NCBI GenBank assembly: GCA_021818465.1
Contig: JAKAEA010000001.1
Coordinates: 41,972 to 105,971 of the forward strand
Source of the DNA: a bacterium
Lineage (GTDB): Bacteria > Patescibacteriota > Minisyncoccia > Phycocordibacterales > JAKAEA01
Direction: 5' to 3'
DNA: 64,000 nucleotides
Shown: one piece after another, positions 27,797 to 36,501 of the stretch
Position numbering within the stretch: position 1 is the first letter of the stretch
How the letters are laid out: the number at the start of each line of letters is the position of its first letter
Position numbers and translations under genes: made by a program
The notes under the pieces: model-generated
What the model was told of the DNA's origin: nothing
Seen by the model: only the letters and a program-made list of their open reading frames with translations
Databases searched by the model: none

Positions 27797-27886
27797 TGGC
27801 GGATGGGGTGAGATTCGAACTCACGGAGCCCTTTCGGACTCGCCAGTTTTCAAGACTGGTGCCTTAAACCACTCAGCCACCCATCC
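27797..27886 (-). tRNA. tRNA-Ser(TGA)
   Basis: Long variable arm; CCAGT-CT-TGA-AA-ACTGG; encoded CCA. Confidence 0.95.
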
Positions 27887-27957
27887 AGAGCCCCTAGCCT
27901 AACAAAAAAACTAAGAGAAGAACAGTGAGAACAACATAAATATAGTATACTGATAGT

Positions 27958-28422
27958 ATGGAACACGAAGTTATCCAATGGGATGCGCCAGAATATTATC
28001 ACTGGCCACATAGCGCCGATTGGTTCTGGTCCTATGGCATTGTGGTTACATCGATTGCTATCCTTTCCATACTCTTTAGTAATGTCCTTTTCGCTATTTT
28101 TATTGTTATTGCTGGTATTTTAGCCGGTTACTACGCTGCTCGAAAACCAGACATTATTCATTGCGAGCTGCAGCCGCTTGGTATTCTGGCTGGTAAAACA
28201 TTTTACGATTACAACGATATACGATCATTTTGGGTTGATGACAATCACCCTCACGCTAAATTAGTACTTATTTCCAAGAAACTTTTTTCTATGCATATTG
28301 TTATCCCTGTTGACGACACGACACATCCGGCTGATATTACAGAATATTTAATACGCCATATTCCCCAAGTGAAAGGTGAAGAAACATTTTTACACAAACT
28401 AATGGAACAAGCCGGTTTATAG
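27958..28422 (+). CDS. Hypothetical membrane protein
   Basis: W.APEY..DWFW, two TMs, then a soluble domain (Y..I.SFW). Confidence 0.7.
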   Translation: MEHEVIQWDAPEYYHWPHSADWFWSYGIVVTSIAILSILFSNVLFAIFIVIAGILAGYYAARKPDIIHCELQPLGILAGKTFYDYNDIRSFWVDDNHPHAKLVLISKKLFSMHIVIPVDDTTHPADITEYLIRHIPQVKGEETFLHKLMEQAGL

Positions 28423-28483
28423 ACAAGTGTATCTTTTTCTTGTATCTTTGAGGCTGTTGTATTGTTTTTTTGTTTTTATTTCT

Positions 28484-28555
28484 GTCCCCGTAGTTCAATG
28501 GATAGAACGCGAGTTTGCGGAACTCGTAATGCAGGTTCGATTCCTGCCGGGGGCA
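28484..28555 (+). tRNA. tRNA-Arg(GCG)
   Basis: GTCCCCGTAGTTCAATGGATAGAAC; CGAGT-TT-GCG-GA-ACTCG. Confidence 0.92.
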
Positions 28556-28671
28556 CTTTTTAAAATACAGGCCTGCTGTATCACACATAGCACATCTACC
28601 TTGTAACTATTTACGCAAGAGGTAAAATAATAGCATTAGTCGATATATTATTAGCCAATGAAAACAATTGA

Positions 28672-28851
28672 ATGAAATCCTCGCTTTTAACAATTGGGGT
28701 CATTTTGTTGGTAGTTGGTCTCATCGGTACTGCTGTTCGATTCCACGTTACCACAATGTTGGTGGTCGCCATTCTTGGTTTAATCGGCATCATCTGGGGC
28801 GCGCTCATCAAAAATAAAAATGGTGGTGGTACTATGCCCAATTCACAGTAA
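28672..28851 (+). CDS. Small two-TM membrane protein (59 aa, not in the ORF track)
   Basis: MKSSLLTIGVILLVVGLIG...ILGLIGIIWGALI; followed by a terminator. Confidence 0.6.
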   Translation: MKSSLLTIGVILLVVGLIGTAVRFHVTTMLVVAILGLIGIIWGALIKNKNGGGTMPNSQ

Positions 28852-28864
28852 TTTCAGGAAACAC

Positions 28865-28905
28865 ATTTATAATAAAACGCCCTCATCGGGCGTTTTATTA
28901 TAAAT
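28865..28905. terminator. 18-bp perfect inverted repeat, terminator
   Basis: ATTTATAATAAAACGCCC-TCATC-GGGCGTTTTATTATAAAT. Confidence 0.75.
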
Positions 28906-28935
28906 ATATATCATAGTGTGATATAGTGGCATCAT

Positions 28936-29577
28936 ATGAAAATAACGTGGTTTGGACAATCGTGTTTTTTACTTGAAACTCATACTATTTCTATAGTTAC
29001 CGATCCGTATGATTCCCAAATTGGATTGAAGTTACCGACCGATCTGCATGCCGATATAGTTACTGTCTCGCACCAACATATGGACCACAACAACACTGCC
29101 GCTGTAATCGGTGAACCAAAAATCATCTCCGACACTGGAACAATAACAATAAAAGAAGTTGTCTGTGAGGGTATTACCTCTTTCCACGACGATGAGCAAG
29201 GAAAAAAACGTGGTCAAAATATTATTTTTAAGTTTTCTTTGGAAGGAATTAATATCGCTCACTTGGGTGATTTAGGTCATATGCTTACCGACACTCAACT
29301 ATCCCTCCTTGGCCATGTTGATATCCTTTTAATTCCCGTTGGCGGCTCATATACGATAGATGGAGTAGTTGCTGCTGCTATTGTGCAACAACTGCAGCCC
29401 ACCATCACTATTCCGATGCATTACGGAATTACAGGATTGGGTTTTCCTCTTGAACCAGTTGAGTCTTTTACAAAAAACGTGTCACTGCCGGTACGTACAC
29501 AAAATACCTTAGAAATTACTAAAGATTCCTTGCCTAAAAAAGCCGAGATTGTTGTATTACAACCGGCAATTCAGTAA
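28936..29577 (+). CDS. MBL-fold metallohydrolase
   Basis: ITWFGQSCF, SHQHMDH, HLGDLG, IPVGG, IPMHY. Confidence 0.9.
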   Translation: MKITWFGQSCFLLETHTISIVTDPYDSQIGLKLPTDLHADIVTVSHQHMDHNNTAAVIGEPKIISDTGTITIKEVVCEGITSFHDDEQGKKRGQNIIFKFSLEGINIAHLGDLGHMLTDTQLSLLGHVDILLIPVGGSYTIDGVVAAAIVQQLQPTITIPMHYGITGLGFPLEPVESFTKNVSLPVRTQNTLEITKDSLPKKAEIVVLQPAIQ

Positions 29578-29673
29578 TGCCACAATAATTTAATTCTTTA
29601 TTTCCTTTTTATAAAAAAGTTTTTTAGTCGATCGGCCACATAACCACTACCAGATCAACTATCCTGAGTATTT

Positions 29674-29937
29674 TTAGCGAGACTTTTTTACAAGCTTCGC
29701 GAGACGTGATTTTTTGCGTGCGGCGTTATTCTTTTTAATAAGGTCATTTTTGGCGGCCTTATCAATCGCTTTATACGCCTCACCCAAAAGTTTCACTGCC
29801 TCGGCGGTGTTTTTGTCAGTGACAAATTTCTTAACACGCTTAATAACGTCAAGCATCGCTTCTTTGCGATGGAGATTGACGACACGGCGGCGACGCGACA
29901 CGCGCAACGCTTTTTTGGCTGATGATGTGATTGCCAT
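29674..29937 (-). CDS. rpsT: 30S ribosomal protein S20
   Basis: SAKKALR, IDKAAK..LIKKNNAARKKSRL. Confidence 0.96.
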   Translation of the reverse strand: MAITSSAKKALRVSRRRRVVNLHRKEAMLDVIKRVKKFVTDKNTAEAVKLLGEAYKAIDKAAKNDLIKKNNAARKKSRLAKLVKKSR

Positions 29938-29997
29938 AATGCGCCCAGTATACCGAATACTGGCAAAAAAGCAATGTGCGTCGTATTATAAAGTGTC

Positions 29998-30579
29998 ATG
30001 ATAGCTCTCATTACTGGTAAAGTGGTTGATGGTGATGCTCGATCACTTACTGTTGATGTCGGCGGCGTTGGCTATAAAATATACACGACGGCTGGCATGT
30101 TAGAGCGCGAGCGCGGTACAAGTGCAACTTTTTGGACGTACCTTGTGGTACGCGATGACGCGCTCGACCTCTACGGCTTCAGCCAAAAAGTGGAGCGGAG
30201 CATGTTTGAAGCCCTACTCGGCGTGTCAGGTATTGGTCCTAAAACCGCGCTGGCTATTCTCAATGCCGCTAATCCGGCTACGATTAAAAAAGCGGTGACG
30301 AGCGATGATCCGGCATATCTACATAAAGTTTCCGGTATCAGTCGCAAACATGCTGAAAAAATAGTTTTGGATTTAAAAGATAAATTTGGAGGACTGGAAG
30401 ATGTGGGAGTACCGGAAGCATTAGAAACATCGGATGCTCTCGACGCTCTCACCGCTTTAGGTTACGCCGAGCGAGATGTCCGTGAAGCCCTGAAAAAAGT
30501 TCCGGCTAGCGTCAGCGATGTCACCCAACGTATTCGAGCAACCCTTGCAATATTAAGCAAGAATGTCGCTAAAAAATAA
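29998..30579 (+). CDS. ruvA: Holliday junction branch migration protein RuvA
   Basis: VGGVGY, LYGF, VSGIGPKTA, ALTALGY. Confidence 0.96.
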   Translation: MIALITGKVVDGDARSLTVDVGGVGYKIYTTAGMLERERGTSATFWTYLVVRDDALDLYGFSQKVERSMFEALLGVSGIGPKTALAILNAANPATIKKAVTSDDPAYLHKVSGISRKHAEKIVLDLKDKFGGLEDVGVPEALETSDALDALTALGYAERDVREALKKVPASVSDVTQRIRATLAILSKNVAKK

Positions 30580-30582
30580 CAT

Positions 30583-31875
30583 ATGGAAAAAATCTTACGA
30601 ACCATTAAACGATACATTCCACGCCGAGTATTTTTAACACTCGCTCCAACGTACCACTACCTACTCGCTTTAAGCGGCGCGGTATTCTATCGCTTCCCTT
30701 CCCGAGAACTTACGGTAGTTGCTATTACCGGCACGAAAGGAAAATCTAGCACCGCGGAAATTTTAAATGCTATTTTAGAAGCAGCCGGAAAAAAAACTGC
30801 TTTAGCAGGCACTATTCGATTTAAAATCGGCGACACAAGCAAACCTAATTTGTACAAGATGACCATGCCCGGACGTTTTTTTATACAACGTTTTTTGCGC
30901 CAAGCCGTTACAGCCGGTTGTAAAATAGCTATTGTAGAAATGACATCCGAAGCGGCGCGACAACACCGCCACCTTTTTATCGATTTTGACGCCCTTATTT
31001 TTCTCAATATTTCTCCCGAACATATTGAATCGCATGGTAGTTTTGAAAAATATCTCGCCGCAAAATTGAAATTGGCCACAGCATTAGAACACTCTTCTAA
31101 ACCACAAAAAATTCTAGTGACCAACGCCGACGATAAAGAAAGTGAAAAATTTGAACGCGCTGCACCAAGCGCCACAAACGTACACTTCGCCCTCGCCGAT
31201 GCCGAACCATACTCACTTGACCACTTTGGTTTCTATTTTACCCTTGATGGAAAAAATATTCGGTCACATTTGCAAGGCACCTTTAATATAAAAAATATTT
31301 TAGCGGCCGTGGCCTATGCACGAACACTCGGGGTAACAGTAGATCAAGTAGAACGAGGCCTTATGGCGCTTTCCGGTATCGCCGGCCGAGTGCAAAAAAT
31401 TAGTCTGCCCGAAAATCATCCGTTAGCAAAACGACAACTGTTTACCGTAGTTGTCGATTACGCTCACACCGCGGATTCTTTGGAAAAAGTATATGGGATT
31501 TTTAAGGATAGTCGAAAAATTTGCGTGTTGGGCAATACGGGCGGCGGACGTGATCGTTGGAAACGACCTGAAATGGCAAAAGTGGCTAACGATAATTGTT
31601 GGCGCATCATCCTCACCAACGAAGATCCCTATGATGAAAACCCGCGTGCCATTATTGATGAAATGCTACCAGGCATTATATCTACGCCACACGAAATTAT
31701 CATGGACCGTCGCCAAGCAATTCATAAAGCACTCTCAATAGCCCAACCCAACGACACTGTACTCATTACTGGCAAAGGTACCGATCCGTATATTATGGGT
31801 TCCCGTGGTAGTAAAATACCCTGGAGTGACGCGACAGTCGCTCGCGAAGAGTTAGAAAAGGTACTGAGTGTTTAA
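30583..31875 (+). CDS. murE: Mur ligase (MurE-like)
   Basis: ITGTKGKSST, EHIE.HG, VDYAHT, GGGRD..KR, EDPYDE, GKG. Confidence 0.85.
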   Translation: MEKILRTIKRYIPRRVFLTLAPTYHYLLALSGAVFYRFPSRELTVVAITGTKGKSSTAEILNAILEAAGKKTALAGTIRFKIGDTSKPNLYKMTMPGRFFIQRFLRQAVTAGCKIAIVEMTSEAARQHRHLFIDFDALIFLNISPEHIESHGSFEKYLAAKLKLATALEHSSKPQKILVTNADDKESEKFERAAPSATNVHFALADAEPYSLDHFGFYFTLDGKNIRSHLQGTFNIKNILAAVAYARTLGVTVDQVERGLMALSGIAGRVQKISLPENHPLAKRQLFTVVVDYAHTADSLEKVYGIFKDSRKICVLGNTGGGRDRWKRPEMAKVANDNCWRIILTNEDPYDENPRAIIDEMLPGIISTPHEIIMDRRQAIHKALSIAQPNDTVLITGKGTDPYIMGSRGSKIPWSDATVAREELEKVLSV

Positions 31876-31880
31876 GATAC

Positions 31881-32798
31881 ATGCCGGAATTACCCGAAGT
31901 GGAAACAACGGTTGCCGGCCTTAATGCCGAGGTACGTGGCAAGCGTATTGTCGCCGTGTGGACCGATTATCGCAGTTCGTTTCATGCCACAAAAGAAAAC
32001 ATTAAAAATCCCTACTACTTCGCAAAATTTAAACAAGTTATCGTTGGGGCAAAAATTTTAGAAACGAAACGTCGAGGTAAAAATATCTTAATCAATCTCG
32101 ACAATGGCCATACCATACTCATCCACATGAAAATGACGGGGCATTTACTCATTGGACAATACACATTTAATCGCACCACAAACACCTGGTATCCGACCGT
32201 TGCACACGGGCCACTTACTGATCCGTTCAATAGATTCGTTCATCTGGTTTTTACACTTTCTAATACAAAACGACTCGCTTTTTCAGATCTACGAAAATTC
32301 GCGACAGTATATTTTTTTAAAACTAAAAACGCAAGCAACATAAACGATTTGAAACGTCTCGGTCCTGATCCGCTCACTAAAGAATTCACGTTTGCAAAAA
32401 TGCAGGAGCGACTACTGCGCCGAGCGAACGGAAAAATTAAACAGGTTTTAATGAACCAGGAAATTATCGCTGGTATCGGTAACATTTATTCCGATGAAAT
32501 GCTCTGGCGGGCTAGCATCCACCCTCTGTCTATGGTTAAAAAAATTCCTCCGAGAGCACTTCGAAAACTCTATGCAGCGATGCGCGAGGTATTGCGTAAA
32601 GGCATAGATTTCGGTGGTGACTCCGATTCAGACTACCGCAACATTCACGGCGAACGCGGAAACTTTCAGAGCAAACATAATGCGTATCGCCGCACGAGTA
32701 AACCATGTTCACGGCGCGGCTGTACCGGAACTATTCGCCGCATTGTTATCGGCGGTCGCAGCGCTCACTTTTGTGACCAACATCAAACGCACTACTAG
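31881..32798 (+). CDS. mutM: Formamidopyrimidine-DNA glycosylase
   Basis: MPELPEVET, RRGK, H.KMTG, GIGNIYSDE, C-terminal zinc finger. Confidence 0.96.
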   Translation: MPELPEVETTVAGLNAEVRGKRIVAVWTDYRSSFHATKENIKNPYYFAKFKQVIVGAKILETKRRGKNILINLDNGHTILIHMKMTGHLLIGQYTFNRTTNTWYPTVAHGPLTDPFNRFVHLVFTLSNTKRLAFSDLRKFATVYFFKTKNASNINDLKRLGPDPLTKEFTFAKMQERLLRRANGKIKQVLMNQEIIAGIGNIYSDEMLWRASIHPLSMVKKIPPRALRKLYAAMREVLRKGIDFGGDSDSDYRNIHGERGNFQSKHNAYRRTSKPCSRRGCTGTIRRIVIGGRSAHFCDQHQTHY

Positions 32799-33277
32799 AT
32801 ATTCAAAATCCGAAACAGCGCCACACCAAGCGCAACAGACACATTAAGCGACTCTTTCGCACCACACATAGGAATTTCCGCAATAACATCGCAGTGACGC
32901 AATATCTTAGCAGGCAATCCATCTACTTCACTGCCAACAATAAAGAGCGTTGGTTGTTTCGAAACAAGTTTTACTTTCTTATAGTCAACTGACCGCGCGT
33001 CTTGTTCAAGTGCAATTACTCGGCCGCCATCCTTTTTAAACTGAGTGAGTAATTTTGTAGCACTGGCGTTTTTTTTCCAAGCCACCTGCTGTTCTGCGCC
33101 AAGTGCCGTTTTAGCGATTTCTTGCATCGGCCGGCCAAAGCGATCAATTGGTGCTGGCGTTGTGCCGCACAAAAAAATCTGTTCTACCCCAGCGGCATCG
33201 GCTGTACGAAACATCGCCCCAACATTATGAGCACTGCGAATATCGTGTAAGAGAAGAAAAATTTTCGGCTTTTTCAT
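32795..33277 (-). CDS. TrmH/SpoU-family RNA methyltransferase
   Basis: NVGAMFRTADA, GSEVDGL, IPM.G.KESLNVSVA. Confidence 0.92.
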   Translation of the reverse strand: MKKPKIFLLLHDIRSAHNVGAMFRTADAAGVEQIFLCGTTPAPIDRFGRPMQEIAKTALGAEQQVAWKKNASATKLLTQFKKDGGRVIALEQDARSVDYKKVKLVSKQPTLFIVGSEVDGLPAKILRHCDVIAEIPMCGAKESLNVSVALGVALFRILNI

Positions 33278-33366
33278 CGTCCCATCCTACCCCGCCATAG
33301 ACTTTTTGCAATTTTCTGGTATATTTTTAAAACACCGCACACTCTTTTTCAGAGCAGCGGCCGACC

Positions 33367-33442
33367 CCGCCCATAGCTCAGTTGGTAGAGCACCTGCCTT
33401 TTAAGCAGAGGGTCGCAGGTTCGAATCCTGCTGGGCGGACCA
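33367..33442 (+). tRNA. tRNA-Lys(TTT)
   Basis: TAGCTCAGTTGGTAGAGC; loop CT-TTT-AA; encoded CCA. Confidence 0.93.
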
Positions 33443-33461
33443 CATGTAGTTTCAACTTGTT

Positions 33462-34217
33462 TTATTTTTGCGAAGCGGACAGGTTCCACATATACTTGAA
33501 CCAACGACGGTAGCCTTCTGCCAAATCCTTACTACGCATAATAAAGAAGACTGGATTATCGCCCATTTTCCCTAACACCAAGCCGCTATACGTTATAACA
33601 TAATCACCAAATATTTGAATTCCTGAATTCAGCGCAGAATATCCTTCCGGTAAAAAACGAATATTCTGTTTGCCGCCAAAAGCCTTAAGTAGGTCGGGTT
33701 TAAACAAAACTTCATGATCATACAGTCCCCAAAACGTTATACCTTTTTTATTGGCTTCTTTAAAAAATGAAGTCCGAGCAACTGTCAGACGTTCGTCCTG
33801 CCACCCCCCTTTTGCACCAATAAAATAACTATCCTCACCGACCCGTAGCATGTCACGCCAAATATTTTTTTGCCCCTCCAAACCACGATACATATATATC
33901 TGATCGGATGCGGTACGGTGTTCAAATTTTGCCTTTAACTCCGGGAGCCATGTCGCAAGTTTTTCTTGTTTTTCCGCCAACAGTTCTTGTAATTTTTCTG
34001 GGTCAACTGCGTTGTACAAATTTTCGCCAGTAGACACTATTTGAAAACAGAGTCCTTTATCTACAAGACGACGAATAGCGTCATACGCGTTTCTACGGTG
34101 AATACCAGCGCCATTTGCAATATCGGACACAGATGATTCGCCGCTTTCTACCAAAGAAAGATACATCTTTGCTTCATTAGGACTTAAACCAAGACTTTCG
34201 AATATTTCGTTTTTCAT
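33462..34217 (-). CDS. TrmB-family transcriptional regulator
   Basis: LGLS.NEAK.Y..L, wHTH HR...YD...L..KG, C-terminal effector domain; probable start 34217. Confidence 0.85.
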   Translation of the reverse strand: MKNEIFESLGLSPNEAKMYLSLVESGESSVSDIANGAGIHRRNAYDAIRRLVDKGLCFQIVSTGENLYNAVDPEKLQELLAEKQEKLATWLPELKAKFEHRTASDQIYMYRGLEGQKNIWRDMLRVGEDSYFIGAKGGWQDERLTVARTSFFKEANKKGITFWGLYDHEVLFKPDLLKAFGGKQNIRFLPEGYSALNSGIQIFGDYVITYSGLVLGKMGDNPVFFIMRSKDLAEGYRRWFKYMWNLSASQK

Positions 34218-34237
34218 ACATTTATGTGGTGGTATTA

Positions 34238-34253
34238 AGCACCATATGGTGCT
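34238..34253. promoter_or_regulatory. 16-bp perfect palindrome, candidate TrmB operator
   Basis: AGCACCATATGGTGCT between the divergent regulator and membrane-protein genes. Confidence 0.55.
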
Positions 34254-34323
34254 ATTGGCCACTCAATTATAAAAGAATAGTCTTTCCAAAGTTCTTTGTC
34301 AAATTTTTTTAGAAAGGAAAGCT

Positions 34324-34914
34324 ATGTATAAATTATCTATGGGATATCTCTCGGTAGCCATCACCCTGACCGGCTACGTGCTGTACATCACTTCGATGTA
34401 TCGGAAAGCGAGTCCAGAGAAACAAATTAAGCCTCATCCCCTCTCTTGGTCGCTTTTTGGATTTCTTACAGCAACAGGTTGGCTTGCTCAGGAAATGAAA
34501 GGCGGACACGACGGTAGTTGGTGTCTCGGTATCACGAGCCTCTTTTGTTTTTTGATCGCCACTTTAAGCTTCAAGCGGTACTCGTGGCGATTTGAGAAAA
34601 AAGATTGGGTATTCGTCGTCGTGGGAATGGTCCTCTTCCTGTATTCTGTTTTCGTTCAAACACCGGCCATTTCAGCAACCCTTGCCACACTTGCTGACTT
34701 GGCCGGCTATGGACCAACTTTACGGAAAGGATGGCGACAACCGTATACAGACAATCCAGTCAACTTTACCTTTAATAGTGTAAAGTGTATTCCCGCGATC
34801 CTTGCACTGGCTTCCTATTCTTGGGCAACATGCGTGTATTTAGTAATGCTGATTGGCATGAACGGTTTCGTCGCAACAATGCTCATCGCTAGACGGTCGT
34901 ACAAGACCGTCTAG
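34324..34914 (+). CDS. Multi-pass membrane protein (PQ-loop-like)
   Basis: About seven TMs; KPH..SW and PT.RK.W..P repeats. Confidence 0.6.
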   Translation: MYKLSMGYLSVAITLTGYVLYITSMYRKASPEKQIKPHPLSWSLFGFLTATGWLAQEMKGGHDGSWCLGITSLFCFLIATLSFKRYSWRFEKKDWVFVVVGMVLFLYSVFVQTPAISATLATLADLAGYGPTLRKGWRQPYTDNPVNFTFNSVKCIPAILALASYSWATCVYLVMLIGMNGFVATMLIARRSYKTV

Positions 34915-34919
34915 AATCC

Positions 34920-34957
34920 TAAACCCCATTACGTTTGAAACGTAATGGGGTTTTTTT
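34920..34957 (+). terminator. Intrinsic terminator
   Basis: AAACCCCATTACGTTT-G-AAACGTAATGGGGTTT followed by a T run. Confidence 0.8.
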
Positions 34958-35033
34958 GAACACCTTGCTATTTTGTTCCAATAAAGTAATATGGCCACAG
35001 AAGTACTTTTGCATTAAAATAAGGAGATAAAAA

Positions 35034-36029
35034 ATGGAACCGAATGCTTTAAAAACAGGTACTATTACAACAACGGAGCGCTTATTTAACCCGACAACAC
35101 GATTGCCTACCGCACTCATCGATGTATCTCGTCTGTTTCCCTCTCTTCCTCCAAAAACCACAATCTTGGCAAAATTATCTGGTGGTAACATAAAATCTTT
35201 GCCTGTCTTCAATATGCTAGCCGAGGCACAGAAACGCGGCGAGTTAGAAGGCGTTGACACGCTTGTCGAAGCAACATCGGGCAACACAGGAGAACAACTC
35301 ACTATACTTGCTAAATTTTTTGGCATTAAAAATGTTGTTACTATTGTGCCTGAAGACATTGCTCCCGGAAAACTTCAAAGACTTCACATCGCTGGGGCAA
35401 AGATTAAGTATTCCAACGAAGGAGAGCGCGCTACTGATACCGCTCGCAGACTCGGAAAACGCCCCGGCTGGCTAAACTTAGATCAATACACCAATGCTGA
35501 CAACTGGGGGGCATTTGAAAAATTTTTTGCACCAGAAGTGTGGCAACAAACTAACGGTGGCCTAACCATTTTCTGTGCAACGCTAGGCACCACAGGCACA
35601 CTACTTGGATGTGAAAAATTCTTTAAAACTCTTGATCAAAAACCCTGTATTCTTGGAGCGACATGCGATACGCTTGATCAAGTGCCAGGAGCACGTAGCA
35701 CTAAACGACTAGCTGAAATTGGTTTTGATTGCAAAACAGCAACATTTCCGATTGAGCTTGATATCTCCGCACCTATATCATTTAGTATGAGTATGGTATT
35801 AAACCGCCACAATGTGCTGGCCGGTCCTACAAGCGGATTGGCATGTTATGCGCTTCTTCGTTTTATCTATCGAACACACCGTGAAAAGAAACTCGATCAG
35901 TATCGCAATAAAGAAGGAGACGTGGTAGCGGTGTTTGTATGTCCTGACACTCCTCTTCCATACTTAGACAAATACACTACTCACCTCCCAGGCTATAAAC
36001 CCGTAGAGGAAGTAACGAAGTTCTTGTAA
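35034..36029 (+). CDS. PLP-dependent cysteine synthase-like (fold type II) enzyme
   Basis: GNIKS Schiff-base Lys, VEATSGNTG, LDQY.N..N, LGTTGTL.G, GPTSG. Confidence 0.85.
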   Translation: MEPNALKTGTITTTERLFNPTTRLPTALIDVSRLFPSLPPKTTILAKLSGGNIKSLPVFNMLAEAQKRGELEGVDTLVEATSGNTGEQLTILAKFFGIKNVVTIVPEDIAPGKLQRLHIAGAKIKYSNEGERATDTARRLGKRPGWLNLDQYTNADNWGAFEKFFAPEVWQQTNGGLTIFCATLGTTGTLLGCEKFFKTLDQKPCILGATCDTLDQVPGARSTKRLAEIGFDCKTATFPIELDISAPISFSMSMVLNRHNVLAGPTSGLACYALLRFIYRTHREKKLDQYRNKEGDVVAVFVCPDTPLPYLDKYTTHLPGYKPVEEVTKFL

Positions 36030-36043
36030 TAAAAAAATAATTT

Positions 36044-36078
36044 AGCGCGATGTTCTTAATGAAAACATCGCGCTTTTT
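36044..36078. terminator. Terminator between convergent genes
   Basis: AGCGCGATGTT-N9-AACATCGCGCT followed by a T run. Confidence 0.75.
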
Positions 36079-36114
36079 CTTTATACCTTTCTGAGAAAAA
36101 TGTTACTTTTTTAT

Positions 36115-36489
36115 CTAGAGGTCGCCCAGCGTGTGAGATTCAACGTTGGTGATACTATTTTTATCGTCAACAAAAATGACTTTAGCAACCAACTTCGGAA
36201 ATTCTTCTGGCGTCACGAATGCTTCGGCGAGAATAATGACCACATCACCAGGTTTGAAATGGTGTGCTGGTGGATGACCATTGAGACAAATTTCGCCGGT
36301 TTTGCCAGGAATAACGTACGTTTGCCAGGTATCACCGTTGCGGCCGTTATTGATAATAACCATTTGGTAAGGCTTGATACCGGAAGCATCTAAAAGATTT
36401 TGGCCGATAGTGATTGAGCCTTTGTAGTTAGGATTTGCCTCGGTCACAGTGACGTTATGAAGTTTTGCCATACAGACACGAATATTCAT
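36115..36489 (-). CDS. panD: Pyruvoyl-dependent decarboxylase, PanD family (divergent active site)
   Basis: K9-L-H11, Y-x-G24-S25 cleavage site, T57-Y58, ICLNG, GD.VII. Confidence 0.85.
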   Translation of the reverse strand: MNIRVCMAKLHNVTVTEANPNYKGSITIGQNLLDASGIKPYQMVIINNGRNGDTWQTYVIPGKTGEICLNGHPPAHHFKPGDVVIILAEAFVTPEEFPKLVAKVIFVDDKNSITNVESHTLGDL

Positions 36490-36501
36490 ATGTGGAATAT
36501 A

